Assembly (NCBI GenBank): GCA_002839535.1
Contig: PGYF01000001.1
Coordinates: 2,352-48,395 of the forward strand
Length of the DNA stretch: 46,044 bases
Source of the DNA: Nitrospira bacterium HGW-Nitrospira-1
Lineage (GTDB): Bacteria > Nitrospirota > Thermodesulfovibrionia > Thermodesulfovibrionales > UBA6898
Direction: 5' to 3'
In this document: positions 8,448-16,715 of the stretch, one piece after another
How the letters are laid out: the number at the start of each line of letters is the position of its first letter
How positions within the stretch are numbered: position 1 is the stretch's first letter
Position numbers and translations under genes: made by a program
Notes under the pieces: generated by a model
The model's input: only the letters and a program-made list of their open reading frames with translations
Databases searched by the model: none
What the model was told of the DNA's origin: nothing

Positions 8448-9518
8448 TTATAACCGGCTTTTTCTTAAGCAGATAACCGCGCTTTCAGCCGAACAATTAT
8501 ATCCAATAGAACGTATTAAATCAATTCCGGCAGGTCTGCTCACATCGACCAGATTGACGTTGTGCGGGTTCTCAAGTATTGGACCGGCATATTGCATCTG
8601 TTTTTTTATCATCAGGGCTCCTGCCGCGCAATTAAAGGCACTGCCGGTCATGAGGCTTCCAAATAAAGGCGAATAAGCGGCAACAGGGACTGTTGGGGAA
8701 AGCGCTTTAAGATATGCGGTCCCGTCAATGGTACCATCGGAATCAATAAGGTCAATGTCTGACGCTTCATTAGGCCCAAGTCCTTCGTTAAAAGCAATAT
8801 CGTCTATTCTGCAATAGGCCTTTTCCGGCGACTTCCAGGAGACGACAAAGAAGACACTTCCCTCCCCAGGGACCGGAGGTGATGTTGGGGAGAAATGAAA
8901 AGGCCTCACCTTGCCGTCTGTTGCTGTGCCCAGTTTTCCGTCAAAGATATATCTCATGACCTCCCCGCACTCGTCCGCCACACCCACAAGTACAGAGTCA
9001 CAGCGGCCATCAAGGAGCCACACCTGCGCAAGCTGAAGGGCGCTTTGGAAAGGGAAAGAGAACCGCGTAACTGTCAGGGCCGGGCCGGTTATATCCAGTG
9101 CAGAAGTAATATAGGAGACAGCCGCGTTATGCACAGAATTCGAAAATATTGTGGGAGATACCTGGGCTTCACCGTAATCAATAATATTATCAAGAAAATC
9201 GAATGTGGTCTGATGCGCGCCGAAGGCAGTAGATAAAATTATACCGGTCCTGTTTTTGTTAATATCAACTCCGCTATCCTTGATTGCATCAGATGCTGCC
9301 AGGACAGCCATTTTGCTCAGCTTGTCGGCCCTGCGCATTTTTTTCAGCAGGACCTTGTCTGCTATGTCCCCATTGTTCACTGCATAGACAGGCAATCTCT
9401 TTTGTATGCGGGGAATATCATATTCCACCGGCTGCTGCCAACCCTGCTTCAGCGCATCTTCATAACGCCCGATACCTCTGCCGCCGCTGAATATTATCCC
9501 TATGCCGAGCAGATTCAT
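8448..9518 (-). CDS. Chain-length-factor-like ketosynthase homologue (no active-site Cys)
   Basis: 356-aa thiolase-fold-like ORF directly downstream of a KS. STAFGAHQTT sits where a KS has xACSS, so the catalytic Cys is absent. Confidence 0.7.
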   Translation of the reverse strand: MNLLGIGIIFSGGRGIGRYEDALKQGWQQPVEYDIPRIQKRLPVYAVNNGDIADKVLLKKMRRADKLSKMAVLAASDAIKDSGVDINKNRTGIILSTAFGAHQTTFDFLDNIIDYGEAQVSPTIFSNSVHNAAVSYITSALDITGPALTVTRFSFPFQSALQLAQVWLLDGRCDSVLVGVADECGEVMRYIFDGKLGTATDGKVRPFHFSPTSPPVPGEGSVFFVVSWKSPEKAYCRIDDIAFNEGLGPNEASDIDLIDSDGTIDGTAYLKALSPTVPVAAYSPLFGSLMTGSAFNCAAGALMIKKQMQYAGPILENPHNVNLVDVSRPAGIDLIRSIGYNCSAESAVICLRKSRL

Positions 9519-9521
9519 TTT

Positions 9522-10691
9522 CTACCCTCTCCCCAATAAAAGCGCTGCGTTGTTGCCGCCAAAGGCAAGGGATGTTGATACCGCATATCTGCCTTTGATT
9601 CTGGTTTCTTCCTTTACCGGCGTAATGGGGATATCATCATCCTTATTCCTGAACCCTGGGCTGGAAGGTATCCATCCCTCGCTCAGGCCGGCTGCTGTAA
9701 AGGCGGCCTCAAGCCCACCTGCAGCGCCAAGGGTATGCCCTGTAAACCCCTTTGTCGATAACACCTTAAGGTCAGGCCCGAACATTCTTCCCAGCACCTT
9801 GCCCTCAACCAGATCATTATCTGTTGTCCCTGTTCCATGGGCGTTGACAAAACATATTTCACCCGGCCCTATACCTGCCTCTGCTAGGGCTTTATTTATA
9901 GAGGCCTCCAGCCCTGCGCCGTCAGGTCTGGGCGCTGTGAGGTGATAGGCATCAGCTGATGCGCCATAGCCCAAAATACAGAGATCTGAAGACTTGCCCC
10001 TCAGCTTGGCGGAAGCCTCTGTCTCAAGTATCAGGATGCCAGCGCCCTCGCCCAGATTCAGTCCCCTGCGGTCCCGGTCAAAAGGTGAACACAGGGACTG
10101 ATTGACTATACCGAGGGAGCTGAAACCGCAAAGGGGAATGAGGCTCAATTCATCAGCGCCTCCTGCAACCGCAATATCGCAAAGCCCTGTTTTCAGCCAC
10201 GAAAAAGCCATGCCGATCGCATCAGTCCCTGAGGAGCAGGCGTTCACTACAGTCAGGGCAGGGCCTCTGGCGCTGATCTTACGGGCGATGAATTCCGCAA
10301 TGTTCCCCTTGATATATCTGTCCACAACTTCCATGGGGGCGTTGCCGCTTTGCCTGTAGGAGCGGTAAAACTCCAGGTCATTTAGCTGGCTTGCCACTGT
10401 CGTGCCAATGCTTACGCCGACGCGCAGCCCGGTGAGATCGCCAAGCGAGGTGCTGTCCATGGCCTCGTCAAGCGCGCAGAGCGCAAGGCTGAGAGTCCTG
10501 CTTTTCTCCACTATAAAACCGGCGGGTATCTGCCTGACCTCAAAAACCGGACATTCCAAAGAGGTAGTGAAAAGCGAGACAGGCCCAGCGTTTCTATCTA
10601 CTCTTTTGAATGAATCAAGCGTCACGGAAAGACCCCTGCCGGCAGCAGATATCACGCCAAGTCCGGTAATCAGAACCTCAGAATTTTTCAT
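9522..10691 (-). CDS. Beta-ketoacyl-ACP synthase (KS, FabF/FabB-like)
   Basis: 389 aa. The Cys-His-His triad motifs VVNACSSGTDAIG, NAHGTGT and GHTLGAAG are present. Confidence 0.9.
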   Translation of the reverse strand: MKNSEVLITGLGVISAAGRGLSVTLDSFKRVDRNAGPVSLFTTSLECPVFEVRQIPAGFIVEKSRTLSLALCALDEAMDSTSLGDLTGLRVGVSIGTTVASQLNDLEFYRSYRQSGNAPMEVVDRYIKGNIAEFIARKISARGPALTVVNACSSGTDAIGMAFSWLKTGLCDIAVAGGADELSLIPLCGFSSLGIVNQSLCSPFDRDRRGLNLGEGAGILILETEASAKLRGKSSDLCILGYGASADAYHLTAPRPDGAGLEASINKALAEAGIGPGEICFVNAHGTGTTDNDLVEGKVLGRMFGPDLKVLSTKGFTGHTLGAAGGLEAAFTAAGLSEGWIPSSPGFRNKDDDIPITPVKEETRIKGRYAVSTSLAFGGNNAALLLGRG

Positions 10692-10703
10692 ATCAGTTTC
10701 GCC

Positions 10704-11633
10704 TCACTCCTCACTCCTCACTTTATATATATCCAGCCCCTTATCAAGCGTTACAATCCTCATACCAGGATGTCTGGAACGCGCATATTCTATAAGTTCT
10801 GTAAGGGCCTCTTTTTCATTATATAGTATTTCCTCAAGATGACAGGTTGCCTTGCCCGATTGTCCGGTAATTGTATCGCCGGCATGTGGGGGCGCTGACA
10901 AAGGCACGAAATAAAACCAGTCAAAGAGTTTCTTGGTGTATCTTCCCCTTGCGCCGGATGGGCTGAAAAGAAGCGTTTCTCCCTGCTGAAAGACGCCGTC
11001 CCTTTGAGACACTTTTACTTTCACAGCGATATTATGCAGGTAAAGGATCAGCCATTTTCTTTCTGCGCCCGCCCTATCGATAAGCGCCTTCATCTTATCC
11101 ACATTATGGCTGAACGAGTATGATTTCAGTTCGTATCTCTCCGGAACAGCCGGGGTCAGCATGCTTCGGCCTCCCCTTCCGGACCGGTAGTATCTGCCCG
11201 CCAGTCCTCTGACAATGGCGTTGTTTTTATTATACGGGTAGACCAGATTATTTACCCTGAGCCCCCAGCCTTCGAGCGCCGCCTTTGACACAGATAATTC
11301 AGATTCAATCTGATCAGCATTCAAACTATTCAGGTCAGGATGCGACACAGTATGGCTCATTATCTCAAAGCCGTCACGCTGAAGCTCCAGTAGCTGTGAG
11401 ACAGTCAGATAATTTTTTGTATTTATCCAGTCAGTCACAACAGCGAAGCTTGCCGCCACCCCCTGTTTTTTAAACACCTCTCTCGCGACAAGATAGTCCG
11501 TATCGTTTCCATCGTCAAAGACAAAGCTGAGGAGGGGCGCTGGTCCGCTGTCCATGGAAGGACCCTTTCTGACACTGCCGCTGCATGACGATATCAGCAA
11601 AACAGCTATAACAAAGGTTATAAATTTCTTCAT
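10704..11633 (-). CDS. Polysaccharide deacetylase (NodB/CE4) family lipoprotein
   Basis: Lipobox LLISSC at the N-terminus. NodB motifs FVFDDGNDTDY and MSHTVSHP. Confidence 0.8.
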   Translation of the reverse strand: MKKFITFVIAVLLISSCSGSVRKGPSMDSGPAPLLSFVFDDGNDTDYLVAREVFKKQGVAASFAVVTDWINTKNYLTVSQLLELQRDGFEIMSHTVSHPDLNSLNADQIESELSVSKAALEGWGLRVNNLVYPYNKNNAIVRGLAGRYYRSGRGGRSMLTPAVPERYELKSYSFSHNVDKMKALIDRAGAERKWLILYLHNIAVKVKVSQRDGVFQQGETLLFSPSGARGRYTKKLFDWFYFVPLSAPPHAGDTITGQSGKATCHLEEILYNEKEALTELIEYARSRHPGMRIVTLDKGLDIYKVRSEE

Positions 11634-11683
11634 TTTATAATTACTACAACCTGCGGTCTCTGTCGCAGGGGTTCTTTACTAAG

Positions 11684-13054
11684 TCAACATAGCCTTGAAG
11701 ATGTCCCCCCTTCTGAATGAGGAGTTCTTGCCAGGGATTTTGATTCCTCTTTTAATACTGCATCAATAATATAATCACAAACATCCTCAACAAAATAAGC
11801 GCCATATTTCGTCAAGTTTATGGCCCCGCCTTCCTGCTGAAGGCACCCGTAACCGCTGAGCCTTGAAAACAGCGAGGAAAAAACCTCAAGGGGGTCCGCA
11901 GTAAATCTGCTCTGAAACTGCTTTATATCGAGGCCTCTTTTCACTTGGATATTCAGCAGAAGCGACCGGTACATTTGCTCTTTGGGGGTAAGAGAAATAT
12001 ATCTGCCAACAGGCAGCCCCCCTTTTCTGATAATATTTGAATACACAGAAAGCTCTTCATGCTTGTCAAAGCAAATCGTCCTGGTATATGATCGCGCCCT
12101 TGAACCAAATGCTATGATAGGCATTTCCTTTAACCAATAATATCTGTATCCCCACTGCGTATCATCAGTGAATCGTCCATTTTGCTCATATCCATTTGCG
12201 CTCATCCATTCCTGTGTTATACACACCATTTGAAAAAGCGTGTCATTGTCAACAACAAGACCTGGATTGTCCTTATACAGCTTGACAACAAGAGGGTTTA
12301 CTATTTCATGCCTGATATATTCAACTGAATCCGGACGTATCCCTCCCAATATCTCAAGATCTTTTTTTACACCTTCGATAGTCTGACCGGGAAGTCCTGT
12401 CATCATATCAATGTTTATCGACATACCAGTATCCTTAACATCGTTGACAATTCTTGCAATCTGGCCCTCGGTATTTTTCCTGTTACACAGTAGAAGCACT
12501 TTTTGGTCAAAGGTCTGACAACCGAGGCTTAATCTGTTTATGCCGATATCACCTAATTCCCTTATTCTTTGTTTGTCAGACAAAGTAGATGGATGCGCTT
12601 CAGAAGTAACACTACAGTTTTCAGATAAATCAATACATGATGAGATTTTATCCAATATAAGTTTTATGTCGTTGTTGGAGAAGGACGTAGGAGTTCCGCC
12701 GCCAAGATATATGCATTTTGCCTTCCTGCCTTTGAAAACTCCGCGAACTGTTAAAAGTTCAATCTCCTTCAGCAGATTACTTAAATAGTCCTTTTGAGCT
12801 TCCTTATCTGCCTTATGAGGGAAAGAATTACAAAATAAACATTCGGAAAAACAGAAAGGGAGGTGAACATACAACAATATTTCATCTTCTTCGCTCAAAC
12901 TCTCTTTTACTTTTTCAAGAAAGCTGTCTACCTGTGATGGTGCAAGCATTTTAAACCTGTGAGGAATAAACAGGTCCGGCTGGCTCTTTGTGTAATCCGC
13001 AGAACCATAGAAGAGTTCATTTCTTATGACGTTTAGTATTTCATTTTCTTCCAT
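11684..13054 (-). CDS. HemN-like (class C type) radical SAM protein
   Basis: 456 aa. LYVHLPFCFSECLFC (CX3CX2C in the HemN context) and IYLGGGTPT motifs. Confidence 0.8.
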   Translation of the reverse strand: MEENEILNVIRNELFYGSADYTKSQPDLFIPHRFKMLAPSQVDSFLEKVKESLSEEDEILLYVHLPFCFSECLFCNSFPHKADKEAQKDYLSNLLKEIELLTVRGVFKGRKAKCIYLGGGTPTSFSNNDIKLILDKISSCIDLSENCSVTSEAHPSTLSDKQRIRELGDIGINRLSLGCQTFDQKVLLLCNRKNTEGQIARIVNDVKDTGMSINIDMMTGLPGQTIEGVKKDLEILGGIRPDSVEYIRHEIVNPLVVKLYKDNPGLVVDNDTLFQMVCITQEWMSANGYEQNGRFTDDTQWGYRYYWLKEMPIIAFGSRARSYTRTICFDKHEELSVYSNIIRKGGLPVGRYISLTPKEQMYRSLLLNIQVKRGLDIKQFQSRFTADPLEVFSSLFSRLSGYGCLQQEGGAINLTKYGAYFVEDVCDYIIDAVLKEESKSLARTPHSEGGTSSRLC

Positions 13055-13066
13055 ACGGTGGGTGTT

Positions 13067-13360
13067 TTAAATCCGGCCTTTCATATTCTCATAGACATGG
13101 TTTGCGAGCGTATCTATGGAATAAAAAATCTCTTTTCCTTTGTTCATGTCCTTTACTTCGATGCCGAAGTTGCGCTGCAAAAGCACGACTATTTCTACGG
13201 CATCAAGAGAATCGAGGCCAAGACCTTCACCGAATAAAATTTCATCGTCTTTGATGTCTTCAGGATTAATATCTTCGAGTGACAGGTCCCTTACAAGCAT
13301 CTCCTTTAAATCCTTCCTCAAGCGTGCCAATTCTTCCTCTTTGGTTTTTTCCATCATCAC
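13067..13360 (-). CDS. Acyl carrier protein (ACP-2)
   Basis: 97 aa, LGLDSLDAVEIVV motif. Confidence 0.85.
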   Translation of the reverse strand: MMMEKTKEEELARLRKDLKEMLVRDLSLEDINPEDIKDDEILFGEGLGLDSLDAVEIVVLLQRNFGIEVKDMNKGKEIFYSIDTLANHVYENMKGRI

Positions 13361-13388
13361 ACCCCTTGCATTTGATATTTCGATTTAA

Positions 13389-14153
13389 CTAACTCTTCCC
13401 TTCCCACAGATCTCCAAATACAAACCACTGAAACGGATACCGGGCAGCATAGGCAACTACCGGACACTTTGCAGCTGCCGCAATACTGAAGGCCCCGTAG
13501 GGAAGGCCCACCTTGTCACCCATTAAAACTGCATCCATAAAATTCCGGCCATAGCTGCGGTCTCCCATAATGGAGACGATGCAACCCTGGTCTATAGCGT
13601 TCATAATTTCAACAGCGCCTCCAAGGAAACCATCAGAAGAAATAATCCTGATCTTTCCCTTTTCACTATCGATATTGAGGGTCTCCTTCACTGCGGCGTT
13701 ATCTTCTGGCCGCATCACCAGATAAACCGTTCTATCTAATTTTTCAAGCGCTGTCATGGCCATCTGCCAGTTGCCGACATGAGCGGTCAGCAGTATAATA
13801 CCCTTCCGGCTCCCGCTCAAAAGCGCATTAAGTTTATCATATCCGTAAAGTTCGATGTCAAAGCCGCCCAAGCCTGAAATAAGATAGTAACGGTCTATAA
13901 GATTTTTCCCCTGATTAATAAATATCCGGTAGACCCCTGCGAGCCTGCGGATTGCATTGTATCTCCTGAAGCGCCTTTTGATATAGGCCATACTGGAGGC
14001 CACAGCAAGCCGGTCGAAGATCAGGTAATAGAGCCCGACAAAATACAACAGACCATATGCGCCGGAAAGTCCGAAGGTTTTGAGGCTGACTTTAAAGATT
14101 GCCATCCCCAGTCTGTTCCCCCTCTTTTTTATTTTCTCTTCTTTACTCCTCAT
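13389..14153 (-). CDS. LpxL/HtrB-like lysophospholipid / lipid A acyltransferase (ApeD-like)
   Basis: N-terminal TM segment, then LLTAHVGNWQMA (the H-x-GNW-E/Q motif of the lauroyl acyltransferase family). The start is uncertain (ATG 14153 or 14105). Confidence 0.7.
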   Translation of the reverse strand: MRSKEEKIKKRGNRLGMAIFKVSLKTFGLSGAYGLLYFVGLYYLIFDRLAVASSMAYIKRRFRRYNAIRRLAGVYRIFINQGKNLIDRYYLISGLGGFDIELYGYDKLNALLSGSRKGIILLTAHVGNWQMAMTALEKLDRTVYLVMRPEDNAAVKETLNIDSEKGKIRIISSDGFLGGAVEIMNAIDQGCIVSIMGDRSYGRNFMDAVLMGDKVGLPYGAFSIAAAAKCPVVAYAARYPFQWFVFGDLWEGKS

Positions 14154-14170
14154 TCCTCACTCATTACGCA

Positions 14171-15418
14171 TCACGCATTACGCTTTACTGCCGTTGATTT
14201 CCGAAAGACAGAGGCGATAAGATATACAGCTCCACCCACCAAAACAGAGGCTATCGGCGCCACGATCAGGGAGCCCAGAAACCATTCTAAAAGACGGTCG
14301 GAGAACTGTCTGAAGACCGTGGCAAAAGAAATATCTGAGAGCCAATGCCCCCAGCGCAGGAAATAACCGACCTCAATACAGAGGGCAGGGACAAAGGGAG
14401 GCATACAGATATGCTGAGCATTGACCGCGACAACTTTATTCAGCCGCAAACGATTAGACACATACAGGATCACAAGCGTATGGGCAAAAAGCAGAGGCAG
14501 CGCCCCCAAAAAAACCCCCCCGGCAGCGGCAGAGGCGAGTCCACCCGGAGTGACGTTTTCCTTTAATAACATTTTGATGAACTTCCCTGGGTGGCGCAGC
14601 AGGGTCAGTTTATTGTCTTTCCTGACAGAGACAAGCCTTTTGTGGGGGAAAGGCAGGAGCCGTCTTCCCACAAGCATGGCATGTGTATGCGATAAACGCA
14701 GATTATCCAGAAAAGGTCTGAAACTCGACACCCTTTTCTGAGGCGCGGGATAGTAAACACTGATCAGCACTGTTCGCAGGGCAAGACCTGCCCAGGCTGC
14801 CCTGGCCAGCGCCTCTGCCTCAAAATCATAATGCGCGCCCCTGAACTTCATCTGGTTGAGATATTGAAGCGGATAGGCCCGGAACCCGCTCTGACAATCA
14901 TCGACATACATGCCGGTCTCGACCCGGAGCCAGAAATTTGCAAACCGTCTGCCGAACCGGCTTTTTCCAGGCACATTGTCAGTATCAAAATTTCTGCTGC
15001 CAATAATGATGGCAGGGTCTTTGTCAATAAGCAGTGGAAGAAAATTTTTGATGTCCTCAGGCTTGTGCTGCCCGTCACCGTCTATGGTTATCATCCACGT
15101 CCCGCCCCTGGACGTTATATATTCAGCAGCAGTCAGTATCGCGCGTCCCTTTCCCAGGTTCTTATCGTGCCTCAATACAACGACCTTTGCATCAGACAGG
15201 AGCGCCCGGAGGTCAGCATCCGTGCTGCCGTCGTCGACAACCACAACATTCCTCAGGACAGAACAACAGCCTGCAACAACGTCTTTCACAGTGGCCCTGT
15301 TGTTATAGACAGGAACAACGCACCAGATACAGTCTGTTTGGTTATTGCCTTGCAACACGCCGCTCCCTTTTTTTTGCCTTTGCGCCCGGTATAAGCATGT
15401 CCCACAGTGTGCCTGCAT
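14171..15418 (-). CDS. Family 2 glycosyltransferase with C-terminal membrane domain (ApeJ-like)
   Basis: VVPVYNN...VVVDDGSTDA and ITIDGDGQH (DxD) motifs, with hydrophobic C-terminal segments. The true start may be GTG 15358 or TTG 15355, which would reduce the 77-nt overlap with the upstream gene. Confidence 0.8.
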   Translation of the reverse strand: MQAHCGTCLYRAQRQKKGSGVLQGNNQTDCIWCVVPVYNNRATVKDVVAGCCSVLRNVVVVDDGSTDADLRALLSDAKVVVLRHDKNLGKGRAILTAAEYITSRGGTWMITIDGDGQHKPEDIKNFLPLLIDKDPAIIIGSRNFDTDNVPGKSRFGRRFANFWLRVETGMYVDDCQSGFRAYPLQYLNQMKFRGAHYDFEAEALARAAWAGLALRTVLISVYYPAPQKRVSSFRPFLDNLRLSHTHAMLVGRRLLPFPHKRLVSVRKDNKLTLLRHPGKFIKMLLKENVTPGGLASAAAGGVFLGALPLLFAHTLVILYVSNRLRLNKVVAVNAQHICMPPFVPALCIEVGYFLRWGHWLSDISFATVFRQFSDRLLEWFLGSLIVAPIASVLVGGAVYLIASVFRKSTAVKRNA

Positions 15419-16715
15419 AGCCCAGCTTATGGAGCATACGGAGGCTGTTGTCCACCTTGTCCGGAGGGAATATACAGTGCCTGCTATTAGAAAAGGCCTT
15501 GGTCAGGGTCTCTTCGAGCCATTTTCTTTCGACCATCGGCGACAGATAGTAAACCGGCTGCAGCATTCCGTTTTCCGGAGAGAGGACTTTCTCTTTCAGC
15601 GCAATGCGCGCGAGGGTGGTATTGGGAAGGATCCTGATGCCCATAAATATAAAAGAGACACATTTCTTGAGTGCCTTAATATTCTCTATGCCTTCAAGTA
15701 CCGTCTCCTGCGTCTCTCCGGGACCTCCGAACATAAAATAATGTGAGGTCGCAATACCGAAGCTGCTGAAGATGTCGTTACACTCAATCACATTTTTAAA
15801 TGAAAATCTCTTGCCCAGCCCTCTCAGTGTAATGTCACAGGCAGCATCGGAACCTATCTCTACGGCAATGAGGCCGGTCGCTTTCATCAGCCCGACGATT
15901 TCATCATTCAGCCCCTCGGGCTTGAAAAAACCTGTCCACGGGATATTGATGTTTCGCCTCCTCATCTCTTCGAGCACCTCCAGATACGCCCCTTCAGCAT
16001 CGTTGAACACGGAATCAATAAAGAAAATATATTTGGCCTTATATTGGTCGCGCAGGAGTTCAATATCATTGACAACGGCACGGACATCCCTGGTGCGGAT
16101 ACTGGAGCCTTCCAACACAGGGTAGGAACAGTAGACGCATTTTTGCGTGCACCCGCGTTTTGTCTGGATCGAGGCAATATTGCCGCTGTGAAGATAATAC
16201 TCCATCAACTTTTCGTCATATCTGGCAGAGACGATCTCAGTCCCCGAAAGCCCGATCTCAGGCCCAATCAGCCTTTCTTCCGGATAGATTCCCCTGGCGG
16301 CATTCTCCGCAAACCTGACCATCAGCATTTCCCCTTCTCCGACAACGCCGTAGTCAGCGCCGGTCTCAAGCAGAATCAAATCAGGGATGAGCGAAAAGCC
16401 CGCGCCCCCGAGTATGACCTTCGCCTCAGAGACCTCTTTGGCCCTTATCACAATGTCCTTGACGATTCCTATGTAATATTGCTCATTCATGAGATTGACG
16501 TTATCGATATTCCGGACTGAAATGCCGATCAATTGCGGGCCGAAACTCTCAATCTCCTGTGCAAGCGCCTCAAGGGAACTGTTCTGCTCAAGGAAATCAA
16601 ACTGCCGGACCTCATGCCCTGCCCCGGCCAGCGCAGAGGCTATCATGCTGACGCCGAGGGGGTAAACCGGATAGGGGGAAACAGTCACATTTGAGGATAT
16701 CAGGAGTATCTTCAT
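15342..16715 (-). CDS. B12-binding (class B) radical SAM protein
   Basis: 457 aa. N-terminal MKILLISSN...PLGVSMIASAL...LGGAGFS B12-binding-like region, then QTKRGCTQKCVYC. Confidence 0.85.
   Translation of the reverse strand: MKILLISSNVTVSPYPVYPLGVSMIASALAGAGHEVRQFDFLEQNSSLEALAQEIESFGPQLIGISVRNIDNVNLMNEQYYIGIVKDIVIRAKEVSEAKVILGGAGFSLIPDLILLETGADYGVVGEGEMLMVRFAENAARGIYPEERLIGPEIGLSGTEIVSARYDEKLMEYYLHSGNIASIQTKRGCTQKCVYCSYPVLEGSSIRTRDVRAVVNDIELLRDQYKAKYIFFIDSVFNDAEGAYLEVLEEMRRRNINIPWTGFFKPEGLNDEIVGLMKATGLIAVEIGSDAACDITLRGLGKRFSFKNVIECNDIFSSFGIATSHYFMFGGPGETQETVLEGIENIKALKKCVSFIFMGIRILPNTTLARIALKEKVLSPENGMLQPVYYLSPMVERKWLEETLTKAFSNSRHCIFPPDKVDNSLRMLHKLGYAGTLWDMLIPGAKAKKRERRVARQ

Noticed and set aside
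9502-9945. Long antisense (+) ORFs inside minus-strand genes (e.g. 9502-9945, 10402-10842, 14831-15394, 15345-15746, 16044-16520, 23367-23933, 27373-27840, 29779-30399, 32048-32584, 40563-41045)
   Set aside because: Each lies fully within a well-supported minus-strand gene with clear family motifs. Their translations are low-complexity (Ser/Pro/Arg-rich) with no motifs, so they are shadow ORFs.
10695-10722. Threefold ctcactc 7-mer repeat (and the related gcgtaat/gcgtgat repeats at 14154-14180)
   Set aside because: On the coding strand these are the last codons of the deacetylase (…KVRSEE-stop) doubling as a GAGGAGTGAGGAGTGAGG ribosome-binding region for the next KS. They are gene-junction sequence, not an independent repeat element.
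13389-14153. Suspicion that the LpxL-like acyltransferase is C-terminally truncated (254 aa, somewhat shorter than typical family members as I recall)
   Set aside because: Only 28 nt separate it from the next gene and no ORF fragment continues the fold in another frame. I cannot establish truncation without an alignment, so I kept it as an intact CDS with moderate confidence.
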